Made by a program: the position numbers and the translations under genes. Below are positions 38,420 through 53,859 of a stretch of 64,000 bases of DNA, piece by piece (the first letter of the stretch is position 1; each line of letters opens with the position of its first letter). The notes beneath the pieces are model-generated. The model saw nothing but the letters and a program-made list of their open reading frames with translations. It was not told the DNA's origin and did not search any database. The stretch lies in assembly GCA_013239625.1 (NCBI GenBank), contig MU056029.1, positions 1,116,001-1,180,000 of the forward strand, in the 5' to 3' direction. The stretch is from Lama guanicoe. Its lineage: Eukaryota.

Positions 38420-39095
38420 CCGTGCGTTTCCCAGTGTGCACGCCGCCTTGGAAAGGCAGAGCGCCGACCACACCAACGATGGGAAACTGTGCTCGGAGCA
38501 CGCTTGCTGCGTGAGCCCTGCGATGACCCCAGCCCCACACGAGGCTCCCTGGTCTCTCCGTTGGGCCCCCTGGTCTAGGCCACGCAAGTGACACCGCTTC
38601 CCCTAATTCAGATGTTTTTTCTGCGACGAGTTCACAGGAATCCTCGTGTGCAAAGCGTGGTTAATTCTCCGGGCCCCACAGACGCCCCCACGAGGGACCC
38701 GCTGCTTCCCCGAGGCAGGCCGCGGCCCCCCGGGAGCGCGGGGCGCTCACATCCCCCGCCACGCAGGCCGGGCGCTGGCTCCGCCTGGAGCTGACGGGAC
38801 TGCGCAAGCTGCCACGCGATGAGGCCGACTGTAGCCTTTGTCTTCCACGTTCTGCGGCGCGAGAATCTTCCTCACGGCTGGCAGAAGCGGCCCGACGCGA
38901 CCGGGGCTGGGAAGCTGGCAAACAAGCCGCACCGCCGAGCGGCCGCTACAAGGGGACAGCAGAGCCCCAAGGATCCGGGATAAGGACCATCGAGGCGTCC
39001 CTGTCGCGTGGAACAGCCCAACCCACACACACTCCCAGAAAGACGCTAAGCTCCGCGCGCTCCGAGGCACCGGCAGCCGCGCCTCGGTCGATGCT
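38420..39095. promoter_or_regulatory. Intronic CpG-rich island
   Basis: Abrupt GC- and CpG-rich block flanked by AT-rich DNA, about 8 kb into intron 3. Function not demonstrated. Confidence 0.5.
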
Positions 39096-42000
39096 TAGTT
39101 AATGCCAGGCAAGGCCACCTTCTTTCCTCCCCCTTTGAAACTCCTTTTGAAAGTCACTATGAACACCTGGATAGAAACTGCACTCTTTTTTGGTAAAGCA
39201 AGCTTGAAAATGTTTACATACACACACTGCAAAATTTTTAGAACATGTTAAACAATTTTACTGATTTTTTTAATAAACATTTTTGGCAATGTTTTGAATA
39301 ATATGAATTCAAGCAGATATACTAAACTGCTACCTTTTATTTACACGTTAGAAAGTTGTATATACGTGTTTGTATGCCTAAACAGCTGTTATGAAATATG
39401 ATTACCTAATAAAAAATAATTTGAAAGTCTCAAAATAAAAAATTACCCACACTAACCCTTACACAGGCCACGTGTCACAGGACCAAGGCAATACCTCCCT
39501 CCTTTCTGCTTCGAAATTCGCGTCGAAGCTCTCAGCTACGGAATACTTGACAGCTGATGGTATGACACTGTGTACAATTATACAAATTTCCTAAAGGAAA
39601 ATCAAATTAAGCCCCCTAAAGTAAAAAACATATACAACATGTTTAGCTTGTAAAAGGTTCTTCTTCATCATGAGCCGAAATTCTGGGCTATAAATATATT
39701 TCATTGGAAAGCTACCTATTTATTCATGCACTTATATATTCATTCATTCTTTGTTCATACATTTTCTTTCAGCCAAAATCATTGAACCAGTGAATAATTA
39801 GACACTGGTTGAAAGAAAATATACGAAGAATGAACCCACCAGGCACCATGAAGGGCTGCTCCCGGACACAGGCCTGGCTCACGGAGCTTACAGTCTAAGG
39901 GGGAGAAAAATGCAGAAGAAAGATTCTAAGCAAACAAGCACACCAGGCTCATATTTCGTACTTTGATAGTGTTGCTGAAGGAGAATTAATAAAATGGCCA
40001 CACTTAGGCTAACAGATGGCTTATTCTTACGCTCGCCCTTAGGACGGTCAACAAACCTGACCGACAGGTTGCTTCTCACAGCTCCAGGCCCACTGTTAAC
40101 ACTAAAGCTATTGATCTGTTTCTACTTTATTCCAATAATCGAAAGTAAGAATTATGCCAGGTCTCTGAGTCGTTCTCCAAGGAGAAGGTCACGGGACTGT
40201 CACCTTACAAAATAGCCTGAATGACCAAGAAGACCAAGCCTTGGGTGCTTACAAGATAAAGAGATGGAAAGAGTGACAACCACTCGCCTCTACAGACCTC
40301 GTCGCCTGGAGACACCACGCCCCACTCTGAGTCTTATGAGAAGAAAGTAATTCTGTTGGTGGTTACCCATGCTTTGCTGTTTGAGCGATGGCTGTGCAAG
40401 CACCCGTCCCCGTCCCCAAGAGAGGCTCACAGTTCTGAAGGCCCCAGCCTGCTGTGAGGCCCCTTTGCCCAGCAAAGCAGTAAGGCTGCTGCTTTTCTTC
40501 TAAGCTCCAAGACTTCGTCTCTGGGTTATTCGGCTCATTGGGGATGGGGACCGCTCTTTCGGCAACATTACTTCAAAAAGTAAAATAGGAATATTCAAGT
40601 GGGACAGCAGTGAGAGTCGCAGGGGCCCTCACAGAGAGTGGTTTGCACTGCCCCGCAGCATATGGAACAGACAAAAGGAAGGAGTAGGACCAAGTCCCTG
40701 AAACTCTTTTCTCACCCAAAAAATAGGGAAGAGACGACCACCTACCTCCAGTATCTACTTCAGCAAGTTGACTGTCAGGTTTGCAAAATGACAGAAGACT
40801 CTGGTTAGCTGTCATCTCCCTAAGTTACACATCAACATGTGTTCCCAAAACATTTCAGACATTCTGAATGGTTAATCAGCTTTATTTATTCAGACCAAAT
40901 GTTTAGTGGGCTTCAAAACACAATGACGGTATGTACGATCTAGCACAGAACCCATGGGAGAAAGGAAGGTTCTGTTACCAAGGGAAGAAAAGAAACACTA
41001 TTACAGACATCAGACTGTACAAAGTCAAATGTTGAATTCCTACTGCTTTACTGGTAAAAATCATAACGTCTTTACTATGTAAAGAAACAGCTTTGTGCCA
41101 TCAATTCAAACCAAATACTTCTATGTGCAATACAACACATGATCGCTAAGCCTGGCCCAGGCTCAAGGAAGAGGTTAGTCTCAAAAGGACAACGTGTATA
41201 AGAAAGATCTTTTAAGAGATGTAGCAACAGAAGCTTTATAACCTCCCTGAGGGGAAAGACAAAAAGCATTCCCTCTGCGTTCTCCATACCATTCTTTCGA
41301 ATATTAAAGACAAACCACCCTTCATAAAGAGCGTGTTACGTAAGGGACTGTTCTCGTCTGACTGAAGCATCACACGCTTGCTTACCAGCGCCCCAGCACG
41401 GAGGCCTGATCATAACTTAGGCACGAAACACACTGCCAGGGGAAAGCGGTGTCCTCAGTAACCAGCCTCACCTCCCAAACGCGGCAACCTGGGACCTGGC
41501 GCCAGCGCGCTCGCTGGACCTTACCCCTGGAGTGCCTTCCGTGTAAGCAGTTTTCCAAACCCAACTGGGTCAGAGAAGCACTTTTTCCTTCTGCTGAGTC
41601 ATCCCGCAGCTTACTTGGTAATAAGAGCATTAGCACATTTCCAACCTTTCAAATGCTCGTAACAACTCGCATGCAGACTCTCGGAGCTGCCAGAGCCCCT
41701 GGAGAAGAAACCAGCTAAGGACGGCTTTCTAACACGGGCTTGTGTGGCCGGGGCTGTGTGGGTGTCTTTACCTCAGTTTTCTGTCAAGCTAATGAGCCCT
41801 AGGTGCTACGCTCTGGCAATTCTGTGGAGATGCCGAGGGCATCTGGGAAGCCTGGGACTGAATTACCAAGTGTTAAGTGACGTGCCTAAGGCTAGATGTT
41901 GCTGTCAACCTGGAAACGGCACCCCAAACTCCCCATCCCATTAGGCTCTTCTCTGCACACGCCCTGCACTCCTGGGATTCAGCTCCTTTGCCCAAGCACC

Positions 42001-44239
42001 TGGCCAGGTGCTGGACCGGGGACTGCTTCAGCGTTCACTAATGGCTGAGCAACCCGGAGGGGAGCCGATGACCGTAAGTTTGATCAAAAATGCCTCCAAG
42101 CTGAATTCTCCAGCTAATTCCAGCTCGTTCTAGACAAGACAGCTCTCTCCTCTTTCCTACTGTTCTGAAATGGGGAAAGACAAAATGAGTGCAAATGTTT
42201 ACGTGTGTGTGCGTGGGTAAGACTGCATCCGATTTACAGGGATGCAACGCCAAAGCTGCTTGTTGAGATGTGCTCAAACTATATTCTGATGTACCACGCT
42301 TATCCTACTTGGAGACCGTAAAAAAAAAAAACAGTGGATTTTATAAGAAGAAATGCAACAAATGACAAAGGAATACAATACAACAAGCATAAGGGACCTC
42401 TCATAGTAACCAAACACACACATTTTATGTTATCTAAAAAGAACTCACAACCAAAAAAAAAGACAAGAATTTATGCATGAAATCAGGCAAAGATAATCCT
42501 GCAGTTACATTTTCATTAGGAGCTAATTTTAATACATTAATTAAGTATAAAGTAATAACAATGTACAAGTTAAATCATAGAAAATCAGTATTTGTATCAC
42601 TAGAGTTTGAGTCTAGTCTTATATCCTCAATACTTTATAGTTAATTAGTAAAAATTATGTGTACTTTCCCTCTGAATTAAAGAATCAAACAATGGCTTAT
42701 TAGAAGAATTCAAATAAGAAAGAACTTATGAGTACTTTAAAATATTGTTTTTATTTTTTAATTAATTTGTCTTTAAAGAGTTACAAGACTACTTCATTAT
42801 CTCTCGGTAAAAATATTATTTTTTAATTAAAATTTTCTCATTGCTTTATACTTTTAGTATTTCCTTATGCTTCCTATATTTTCAATAATTTTTGTCCACT
42901 CAGTCATCCCACCATCTGTCTATTCAACACGTGTTTATTACACCCTTGTACCAGTGCTAAGCACCGGAATCATCACACATGCGTCTAAAAGTTTTCAGTT
43001 AGACACCGTGTCCTTTCATGTTCTTTTACAATCTCACTTGAAGAAATATGGAGACTAAATCTCAATAATTACTTAACCATGCATAGTTTTAAAAGACTGT
43101 CTGAAATTTTAAAACAAGACCTATGAGAACAAGGGAAGTTATGTAAAAGAAAATGGTTTTTATTTGATTGCTGTCAAGTCAGCTAATTTAAAAAAAAAAT
43201 TAGTGCATGAAAAGAAAAATCAGAAGATTAGGAAAAATGGAAATGTAGACTATCTCCATTATCAGTGAAACATAGCAAAATACTGTTAAATAGTAAAATA
43301 CTAAAATCAGTTCTTAGACTGTCAATACAACGCACTAAATGCGTGATGACATATACGTAGATGCGCACAATGTATCCATTCATTTAATTCTTTGAGGTCA
43401 GAAGCTTTCTTTGGAGGCGTCTTTGGTGCACTATATGCACCACTAGTAGATAAAGATTCTGCTTTATTACTGTTTCAAGAGAAAAGTAACAGTATTCTTT
43501 CCATTCACCCCAAAATGCTCACCAACAAGCACGTATCTGTCCCACCTTGAGATACACACTTTACATACTTTTCTTTCAAATATTAGCGGATTTTTACTTA
43601 CTTTACTAAATCTATGTTTTCAAAAATATATCTATGAAAATTTAAGAAGAAAATGTCAAAGAACAGCATTGCATGAGTATTTATCTTTAATTCTCTTGTA
43701 AACTTGGATCTTCTACCCCATCCTCCTCACTCCTCTGCCTAAATTGACATCTTAGCCAAAACATTCATCCTAAACCACATCTTCAATCATGTCAGTCACC
43801 TGCTTAAAAATATTTATGGGCTCCTTAATGTGTGAAAGTGAGCGTCTGAAGCCCTTGGCCTGGCGGAGAAGGGCAGGCGAACAGCGGCTCGACCTGCTTC
43901 TCCACTCTCGTCCTGTGAGTCTCTTTCACAATCTTTTACCCTGTTTATTACCCATCCAGAGCTTTACCAATTTCTTCCCTAACCCTGACCACCCTCCTCC
44001 ATCTGTGTCACAATTCTAATTTCCCCTACTCACCCAACTTAAAGATCATTTCTTAATGTCCTTCATGAGGACATGCGTTCCCTGTCAGAAGTAATCTCAA
44101 TACAGTACCCCTCTCTCTCTGCCCCCATTGCCTCCCTCTCCTCCTCCTTCCTGTTCTCTCTTTGGCCTTGCTCCTTTCTTTTGTTCCTCTATTGGGACTT
44201 ACCCACTTTTGTCTTTCTTTTTTTTAACTTTGATTTAGT

Positions 44240-44430
44240 TTTTTTTAACGTATTTTTACTGAAGTATAGTCAGTTTACAATGCTGTGTCAGTTTCTGGTG
44301 TACAGCACAACACTTCAGTCATATAGGAACATGCATGTATTCATTTTCATATTCTTTTTAACCATAAGTTACTACAAGATACGGAATACAGTTCCCTGTG
44401 CTCTACAGTATAAACCTGTTGTTTATCAAC
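44240..44430 (-). mobile_element. Lineage-specific L1 3' tail
   Basis: Reverse complement of the same L1 tail (gaagtatagtcagtttacaatg...gttccctgtgct). Confidence 0.78.
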
Positions 44431-45814
44431 TTACCTACTTTTGTCACAACTACTTGAGATATCTCCACTACTAGCTACAACATCCTTAAAGCAAGATCAT
44501 TTCTTATTTAGTCTCATAACCTAACAACACTTAGTTTTGTGCAACTAGTGACAAGTGATTAAGGGGGCTCATAAGTATAATTTATTGTTTTTAAGCAACA
44601 TGAATGAGTAACGGGTTTAACCTTATGCTCACATACTCTGTCCTTTCCCTATAAAATGTTACCTCTAATACTAAACCATTGTTATAGTCACAGTTCCTTT
44701 AACATAAAATAGATCAGATATCACAGCTATGATCATGAGCTATGATCCTGATCATGAGTTACAGGAAATCAGATTTTTCTAGCGATTGAGTTTCCCAATC
44801 CACTTGTGGAAAATTTTTCAAATGCCAGTCAGCCCATCTGTCCAACAGCATCCAACCTCCAATCCCATCAACCCCTAACTTTTGTTTATAATAAACCTAT
44901 GTTTAGGGAGCCACAAAAATTACTGTCTTAAGAATGCAAAAAAACAACGCATACAAGTATACTATGTCTACCTTAGCATAATTATTGGCTTTGGGATGTG
45001 CACTTTAAAGATTATTCAATAATCTTTATCGTATCTTCAATTTGTCTGTTATTGGGTCCAGAGAAAATCGGGGCCCCTCAGTTCACAGTGCATGAACTGG
45101 GCAACTATTGATGAAGTTTTTAAAGGTGCTAAGTATCAGCGTGATGCCTACACAACTAAACACATTTAAAAAGTAATTCAAAGAAAATGTGCCATGGTAT
45201 GCAACAAGACATTCCCCTCATTCCCCTGGTTGTTTTAATGTTGTAGAGAGTTCTTAAAGCGCCACATCAGTATATTTTCTCCGTTTCATATCCAATATAA
45301 TAATTTTTGACATAAAAATTCCACTGAATAGCCAATTAACTTCCATACAAAAACTGTCTTCTCTATAGTATGTGAAGTTCCCAATTAAGAAAATCACAGA
45401 TTAGAGTAGATCTTGAATATATTAACTTGTTTCCTTATGATTATAAAAAACATGCTTTTGACAGTATTTTTATAAAACTACAAAGAAGTAAGTACACATG
45501 ATGTTTTTAATGTAATGTACATAGACATATTCCTTCTGTGTTTCTTGCTAACAATTTTATTATTTTAAAGCCTTGTACATAAATGCCCTGAGTGATACAC
45601 AATGAAAGAAAGGTATTTTTTAAATCACACATTATAATTTTAAAATCTTTAGGTTAAGAGTGAAAAATTGATAAAAAATAGTTTCACGTAGTCAGATTTC
45701 TCCCTACAAAATCCACAGTAGTATATACTTTTAAGTACGTCTTGTGAAACACTGTATTGAAAATTGCAGTCTTAGTTTATTTGCAAACATCCACATTTCT
45801 AAGTTCCTGCAATG

Positions 45815-45990
45815 TTTCTCAAAATGCTGTCTACAAAATACCTATTTCAAAATCCTCTGAAATGCTAGTTTTCGATGCAGAGACCCCAAGATTCCACTCC
45901 ACACCGCTGGCTGGGAATCAGAGCCTGGGAACACACATCTAAGACAAGTTTGCTCCTGTGACTCTGACGTTCACCAGACTTGAGACATCT
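45815..45990. mobile_element. MER5-like hAT DNA transposon relic
   Basis: Degenerate MER5-type segments (tttctcaaa...gaatc..agcctgggaa...gactctgacgttcaccagacttgaga). Confidence 0.4.
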
Positions 45991-46733
45991 GTCGGCTCTG
46001 TCTCATGCCTCATTATATCCTCAGTGCTATATCTCGGAAGGAAAAGTTGCAAAATGATTCCTTCCCAAAAATACTGTTTCCAAATGCTCATTCTTAACAA
46101 TTTAGAAAGTGTCACTCAACGGAAAATTAAACCTGTTTCCAAATCCCACGGTATTTCAGCTCAATTAACAAATGAAAGGGGTCCCTGCTGTCCTACAGGA
46201 TCCTGAGCGAAAAAGCCCGCGACACCCACTTCGCACCTCGGGACGCGGACCTCCGCTTTCCACAGGTCAGAGTACTGAATCCCGTGAGCATCACCAGAGC
46301 CCCAAGTGACACTCGGTTCCCCAGCCTTCGACTCTCCAGGCAGGGCGAGCCCGCTAGCCGCACAGGCCCTCCAGCGCCCAGAGCCCCCCGGCCGTGAGCA
46401 TCCCCAACTGCCACGCGCTTGCCCTCGGAAAAGCCGCTGACACCAAGGAAACTGACCCGAGACCCCCCGGAACACGCAGACCACCGCCCATCGTTCTCTC
46501 CAGCGGCCAGCATCTCTTTCCAAAAGACGACAAAGGAACCCTAAAGCACCTCTTTCCTAGAACATAAGCCGCCCCCACAACTCTCCTCGCCTCCCCCGCT
46601 CCCCAGCGCCTGTTGCTAAGCAGGCGAGACGGCACCCAGGCATCCGGGATCAGGGGGCAGACCGCGGGAGGAGCTGCGAGCGCCGGGGCGGCGGCGAAAG
46701 CCCTGCCTCCCAGGAGCCCAGGACCCCTTCCTA

Positions 46734-47063
<330 letters not shown>

Positions 47064-47066
47064 TCA

Positions 47067-47471
<405 letters not shown>

Positions 47472-47474
47472 CTA

Positions 47475-48044
<570 letters not shown>

Positions 48045-48210
48045 CTAGCCGCTTCCCCCCGCCCCCTCCCCGGCCGACTCCTTCACTACGACCCCCGCCC
48101 AGCTGCGGCGGCGGCCGAGCCGGGAGATGCTGCTGAGCGCCTCTTCCCGGGGGACTGCGCGCAGCAGCCGGGAGGGAGGCTGCCGGGCCCGGGGGAAGCC
48201 CCTACCTCAC

Positions 48211-48290
48211 CTGCGGGACTCTGAGCCTCGCGTCCCCAGGGTCCAGGAGAGCCAGATGAGCAGCAGGAGAGCCCGGAGCCCGGAGCACAT
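48211..48290 (-). CDS. GABRB3: GABA-A receptor beta-3 subunit, alternative first coding exon 1a (signal peptide variant)
   Basis: ATG at 48290 in the context GCCATGT. 80 nt encode [26 protein letters not shown] plus AG, followed by a GTGAG donor. Matches the known GABRB3 exon 1a peptide; phase 2 is compatible with exon 2. Confidence 0.95.
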
Positions 48291-48692
48291 GGCGCTGCTC
48301 CTCCGACCTAACCCGGGTGGGATCCGCTCTCCCCTACCGTCGCCGAGCATTCCAACAGCGATGCGGGGATCCCCGCCCCTGCCCCCACCCACGGGCTTTC
48401 CCGCCTGACCCATCATCCAGCCCCTTGCATGGCGGCCCCATTAATTATTGATGCAATTTAAAACCATTTTTAAAATTGATTCTTTAAACTATGTCTCTCA
48501 CCCTCACCCCCTGAACATTTCACGTGAGCACTGGGCCCTCCCTCCTCACATAAATCCATTTATGATGAATGTTAAAGAGAGGCCTGAATATGCACACTTT
48601 ATCATCAGTAAACTGGAGTCCAAATCAGACTTGGAGACCCTGGGCTACCATCCCGGGGATGGTAGAGTAACGTGCCTTTTCTGATGCAATCT

Positions 48693-48713
48693 GGAGCTGT
48701 CCGTGGTTCTTAC
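48693..48713 (-). promoter_or_regulatory. Candidate RE1/NRSE (REST-binding) element upstream of exon 1a
   Basis: The minus strand reads GTAAGAACCACGGACAGCTCC, a 17/21 match to the RE1 consensus TTCAGCACCACGGACAGCGCC with the ACCACGGACAGC core intact. It lies about 400 bp upstream of a neuronal gene's start codon. Confidence 0.65.
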
Positions 48714-50819
48714 TAAAACACAAGAAATCTCGTTAACTGTGACCGGCCCCCATCATTTGGTCCTCATTTTAGAAGACCTCTGGCACCTTGGTCAGGAAAC
48801 AGACTGATGACATCACAGTCCACCCTGCCCTGTGTGTCACCACTGTGTACCTGAGGAATACTTGCTCACCCATGGCCTTAGGTTGTCTATTTTTCTTTAG
48901 TGAATGATCCTCAAAGTTTTTCTGTGCTACAGACTTCTAGTATTGAGCAAAATGGTTACACATTCTTACTTGTGGTCAGCCAAAAAAACTTATAAATCAA
49001 GTTCACTTTCTGCTTAATAGACTTCATTGGGCCATTCCAGGGCCTAATGAATGGTTAATAATAGATAACTGCTTCTCTGTATTGACTAATTTTTTGTACA
49101 AAGCTCAAGGTTTTCTTTTCCATTGTCAAGGCTTTATATAGGTAAATATCTAAATCTAGACCCTGGTTCTCAAGTTGGCATGTTTCTTGCATTAATTTTA
49201 AATATCACTGCCTTTTTTAAAAAGTCAGCAATTTTATTTTTGGAACAGAAAATATGACCACAGAACCTGAAAGGTTGATATTAAGATAGATTAAGAGATA
49301 AATATAGCTCCCTAATTATTTCCTGGAAAAGTCTGTTCGCAACTACTTTGTATTCTGTGTCCTGTTAATGTACAATGGAATTATCAGGAAAACTAGATCT
49401 GTATTATCATACCTTCCCCTCCACATTCATGTTTCAGTCTATTTCTCCTGTTTGCATGTACCTCTTTTAGAGAAATGCCCTGTTGAGGATCACAGCTATA
49501 GAAAATACACAAGGAGAGTAAGGTGTTTGAGTAAAGCCAACAACATAGCAAGAATGATCCCCCTTGCTACTATCCTGTATATTCTAAAACTTGAAAACCA
49601 CATTACAAATGTTAGTATCCAATCACGTGCCACCTCATATCTTGGCTTCAACCAACCTGAGTCTCTTGGCCTTATTTTTTAATTCCAGTTGCTGCTTCAG
49701 CATGCAGTTCTGCAGGAGCTCTGATCAGCTTTACACGGGAACAAACCCACACCCCCCACCTCCTGTCCACATGGCTTGTCTCTCAGCTCCCACCTTCAGG
49801 CTTCTCGGTTGGCAATGAGGTCCAAATGCAACAGGACCTGAGTATTCGCAAATGAGCAATCTGAAATTGTGGTCGAGTTAGCTATCCAAGGGGTGAGCCT
49901 TTGATGAATGGAAGAAGGGAGCCAGGAAATAAATGATTCTTCCTCCAGTTCCCCCTAAGAAATGTCCTGAGCTGCTGTAATAACGCCTCTCTTTTTTCCT
50001 CTCCTTCCACACCTGGATCCCCTTTCCCTTCACTCCTGTTTTCATCAGCATTACACACCCTAGTAAAGCAACAGCATGTAAATTTTGCCAAGTCTAAGTC
50101 ATCCACCCATTGGCAAATTGTTACTGTCACCTAAAAGGCAGTCTTTTTTATAATATGAAGGTGAAGTCAAAGAGAAACATTGTGGTAAATGTACACTGGT
50201 ATAATCAAGATACATAAGGCCATGTGGCTCATCAAGGTTGCTGGCCAGTTTGCACCTACATGGGCAAAAAATGTTGGGCATGCAACCCTTGGCCGCCCTC
50301 CTGTCTCAGCTCTTCCCACAGCCGCCTTGGAAGGTTGGATGAGCATTGAACCCCAGGTACCCCCATCCTTCCACTCCTTTGCCAGGATTCCTGAAACCAA
50401 GAATATTTCCATACATGGCGCTAATGTGTTAGCCAAATCAGCAGGAAATTATTGATGTAGTTCTTACTTTCATTTATGTTACAGAAAGAGAAAAAAGGCT
50501 TTAGGAGTCCCACAATGGGTAAATTTTCACATCAAAAGGAAAAGGAGACAAGTGCCATCTTGTTCCTAACAAAGTGATTTTAAACAGGCTAGAATAACCG
50601 TTGGGGGTCCTCAAGGTGGGAAGAAGAAAGAAAGGAGACAGATGAAGAGCATCACGTGATCACTTTGCCTAGTCCATGTCTCTGCATTCGGGCTGACCCA
50701 AATGCCTGTCACCAAACTCTGTTTTATTCATAGTTGCTTCTTACTTACAGAGAATCAAGTTATCTTTTTAAACAATATCCAAGTTTCTGACAATAGATTT
50801 TAAAACTCTTTAAAAATAT

Positions 50820-53100
50820 CTCAATTTGAAGTATAGCACATGAAATAAAAAGTTAAATGTGTACTTAGATGTTTCTTGAAAAATGTATAGCGCAGTGTAC
50901 ATTTTCATCATTCCCAAAACACCCCCCTGATCCTTTAGCCTATGTGCCATTCCAGGTCCAGACAAGTGCAGACCTCACTTCTGTCATTATAGATATTTTT
51001 GGCCTGTTCAGCATTTCATGCAAGTGGAAATATCCAGTATGTGTTATTGTATGGCTGGCTTCTTTCCTTCAGTATAATTTTTCTGACATCCATCCATAGT
51101 TTGTTTCTTTTTACTCGCTGAGTAGTATTCCATTGTGCGGCTGTTCCAGAATTTGTTTACCCATTCATCTATCAGCAGACCTTTCTAGTTTGGGCTATTT
51201 TGAATAAAAAGTGTGGACATATGGCTTCATTTCTCTTAGGTCAATACCCAAGAATGAATGGCTGAATTGTGTGGCAAAGGGCATGTTCAGCTTTATAAGA
51301 AACTGCTAAAATTTCTTCCAAAGTAATTGAAGGATTTTAAATTTCATCAGCAACGCATATGAATTGTGGCTGCTCCACACCACCACCCTCCTCAGTCCCA
51401 GTGGGCAGACAGTGGTATCTCATGTGGTTTTACTTTGCATTTTCCTGATGACAGGTAACTGTATTTCATTGGCATATTGGCCTCTCATACCTTCTTTTTG
51501 AAAATAAAAGATTTTTCCCATTTTTAAATTGCATTCTTAGTCTTTTTTAAATTGAGATGTGAATTCTTTACATAGTCTAGATACAAATCCTTTGTCAAAT
51601 GTATGTAATGTGAATATTTTCTCCCACCTGTGGCCTTTCTGTTTGCTTTCTTTGATAGTGTCTTTCAAAGGAAAGAAGAATTGAGTTTATATGAAGTTCA
51701 TCTTATGAGTCTTTCTCTTTTATGGGTCAGACTTTTGGTATTCTACCTAAGACAACTTCACCTGATCGAGAGTTAAGATTTTCTCTATGTTTTCCTTAAA
51801 AAGTTAGCATTCACATTTAAATCTTTGATATGCTTATAGCTAATTTTTATGGACAGTTTGAGTAAGGGTCAAGGTTCTTTTCTTCTATGTGGATGTCCAG
51901 TTGTTTCAACACAATTTGTTGAAAAATATTCTTTCCCCCATTGAGTAACTCAGATTTTTGTTGAAAATCTGTTGCCCTCATATGTATGGGTATGTTTGGG
52001 GGCTGTTTTATTTACTCTTTTTCATTGACCTATGCATGTATTCCATCACCAATTCCATATTGTTCTGATAAATGTAGCTGTAAACATTGAAAACAGATAT
52101 ACTAGTTTATCCAACTCTGCTCTTCTTCTTTAAAAATGTTTTTTACTATTTTAGGGTTTTGCATTTTTATAGACATTTTAGAATGATCTTTTCAATTTCT
52201 ATAAAGAAGCTTCATGGGATTTTAATTTGTCTTACATAAAACCTATACATAAATTTAGAGGAAATTGACCTCTTAGCAATATTGATTCCTCCAATCTGTG
52301 AAAACTCTGTATGTCTCCATTTATTTAGATCAATTTTTCTCAGAAATACTTTGTAGATTTCTGTGCAAGGCCTTACATTTGATTCATTAAATATATCCCT
52401 AAGTATTTCATATTTTATGCTGTTATAAATGCTATTTTTAATACTTCATTGTCCAATTGTTTGTTGGTAGTATACAGAAATATAACTGATTTTACAAAAG
52501 AGAAACAGACTCATAGACATAGAACACAAACTTGTGGTTGCCAGCGGGGGGCGGTGGGAAGGGACAGACTGGGAGTTCAAGATTTGTAGATACTGACAGG
52601 TATACATAGAATAGATAAACAAGATTATACTGTGTGGCACAGGGAAATATATACAAGATCCTGTGGTAGTTCACGGTGAAAAAGAATGCGACAATGAGTA
52701 TATGTATGTTCATGTATAACTGAAAGATTGTTCTCCACACTGGAAATTGACACAACAATGTAAATTGACTATAACCCAATAAAATAAAATAAAGTATAAC
52801 TAATTTTAATATATTGACATTACATCCTACAAACTTACTCAATGTACAATTATTTTAATAAGATTTTTTGTAGATTCCTTGGGATTATATCAAGAAAATC
52901 AGCATATAATCTCTGAATATAGAGAGTTTTGCCTCTTCCTCTCCTGTCTGGATACTCTTTATTTCTTTTTCTTGCCTTGCAGCACTGACAGAGACCTCCC
53001 GTACAATGTGGAGTAGAAGTGATGAGAGTGGACACCATTGCTTTACTCCAATATTAGGGGAAAATGTTCAGATTTGTCTGTTGGTTTTTTACCATTAACC
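50820..53100 (-). mobile_element. Old L1M fragment with a nested young L1 tail (+ strand, about 52497-52793)
   Basis: L1 3' UTR and ORF2 homology on the minus strand. The nested tail has a poly-A and an approximate TSD (aaatataactgatttta/aagtataactaatttta). Confidence 0.75.
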
Positions 53101-53859
53101 ATGGTGTTGACATCTTCCTCTTACTTTTCTGTTGTTCTTGCTACCTTCTTCCCTTTTCCTTTTTTTGCACCTCTGTGAAAAATTCAGTCTTAAGAGTAGG
53201 GTAGCACAAGGTTGCATCCGGGATGGAATGAGGAGCCTCCAGGACTCTGGCCTCGGAGGTCAGAGCCCAGACAGTGTGAGGAGGGCCTGAGGTTTCGTTG
53301 CTTAAGTGCACAGAAAAAAAAGGCATCTTTCTGAGCAGAAGGCTGAGTTTGGATGTCACAGCCAAAGCGAAAGGAAGGAGCGTATCCCTGGGAAGGGACA
53401 GGCTGGCATGGGTGTCAGAGCCCATGCGAGACTAGGAAGGCAACGATGTGGACAAAGCAGCTTGTGTTTGACATTAGAGCCAAGGTAAGGTGACGCCACG
53501 TCCCAGTGGAGGTTGGCCTAATGTGGCAGTAAGGGTCTCAGAGGGTAAGAGAGTGTCCAGGCATGGGGACTACCCTGTGTGAGGGTCTGAGCCCAGGTAG
53601 AACAAGGAGGGCACCCACACAAGGGGGCCAGCCTGGAATCAGAGCCCAAGCAGGGTTAGGAAGCCACCATAGCGCTGTGCAAGGGCAGAAGATGACGTGG
53701 GCATCCATCTGCTGGGGCGACCTGTCATGGGAACTCAGAGCTTCAGGAAACTATCCACACTCTGAGATGGCCCAGAATGGGGATTCGGAACCTGGACAGG
53801 GAGAAGAGAGCGTGTGCAGGGAGTGGGGGGAGTAGCGGCAACAAGGTTATATAGTGTGG

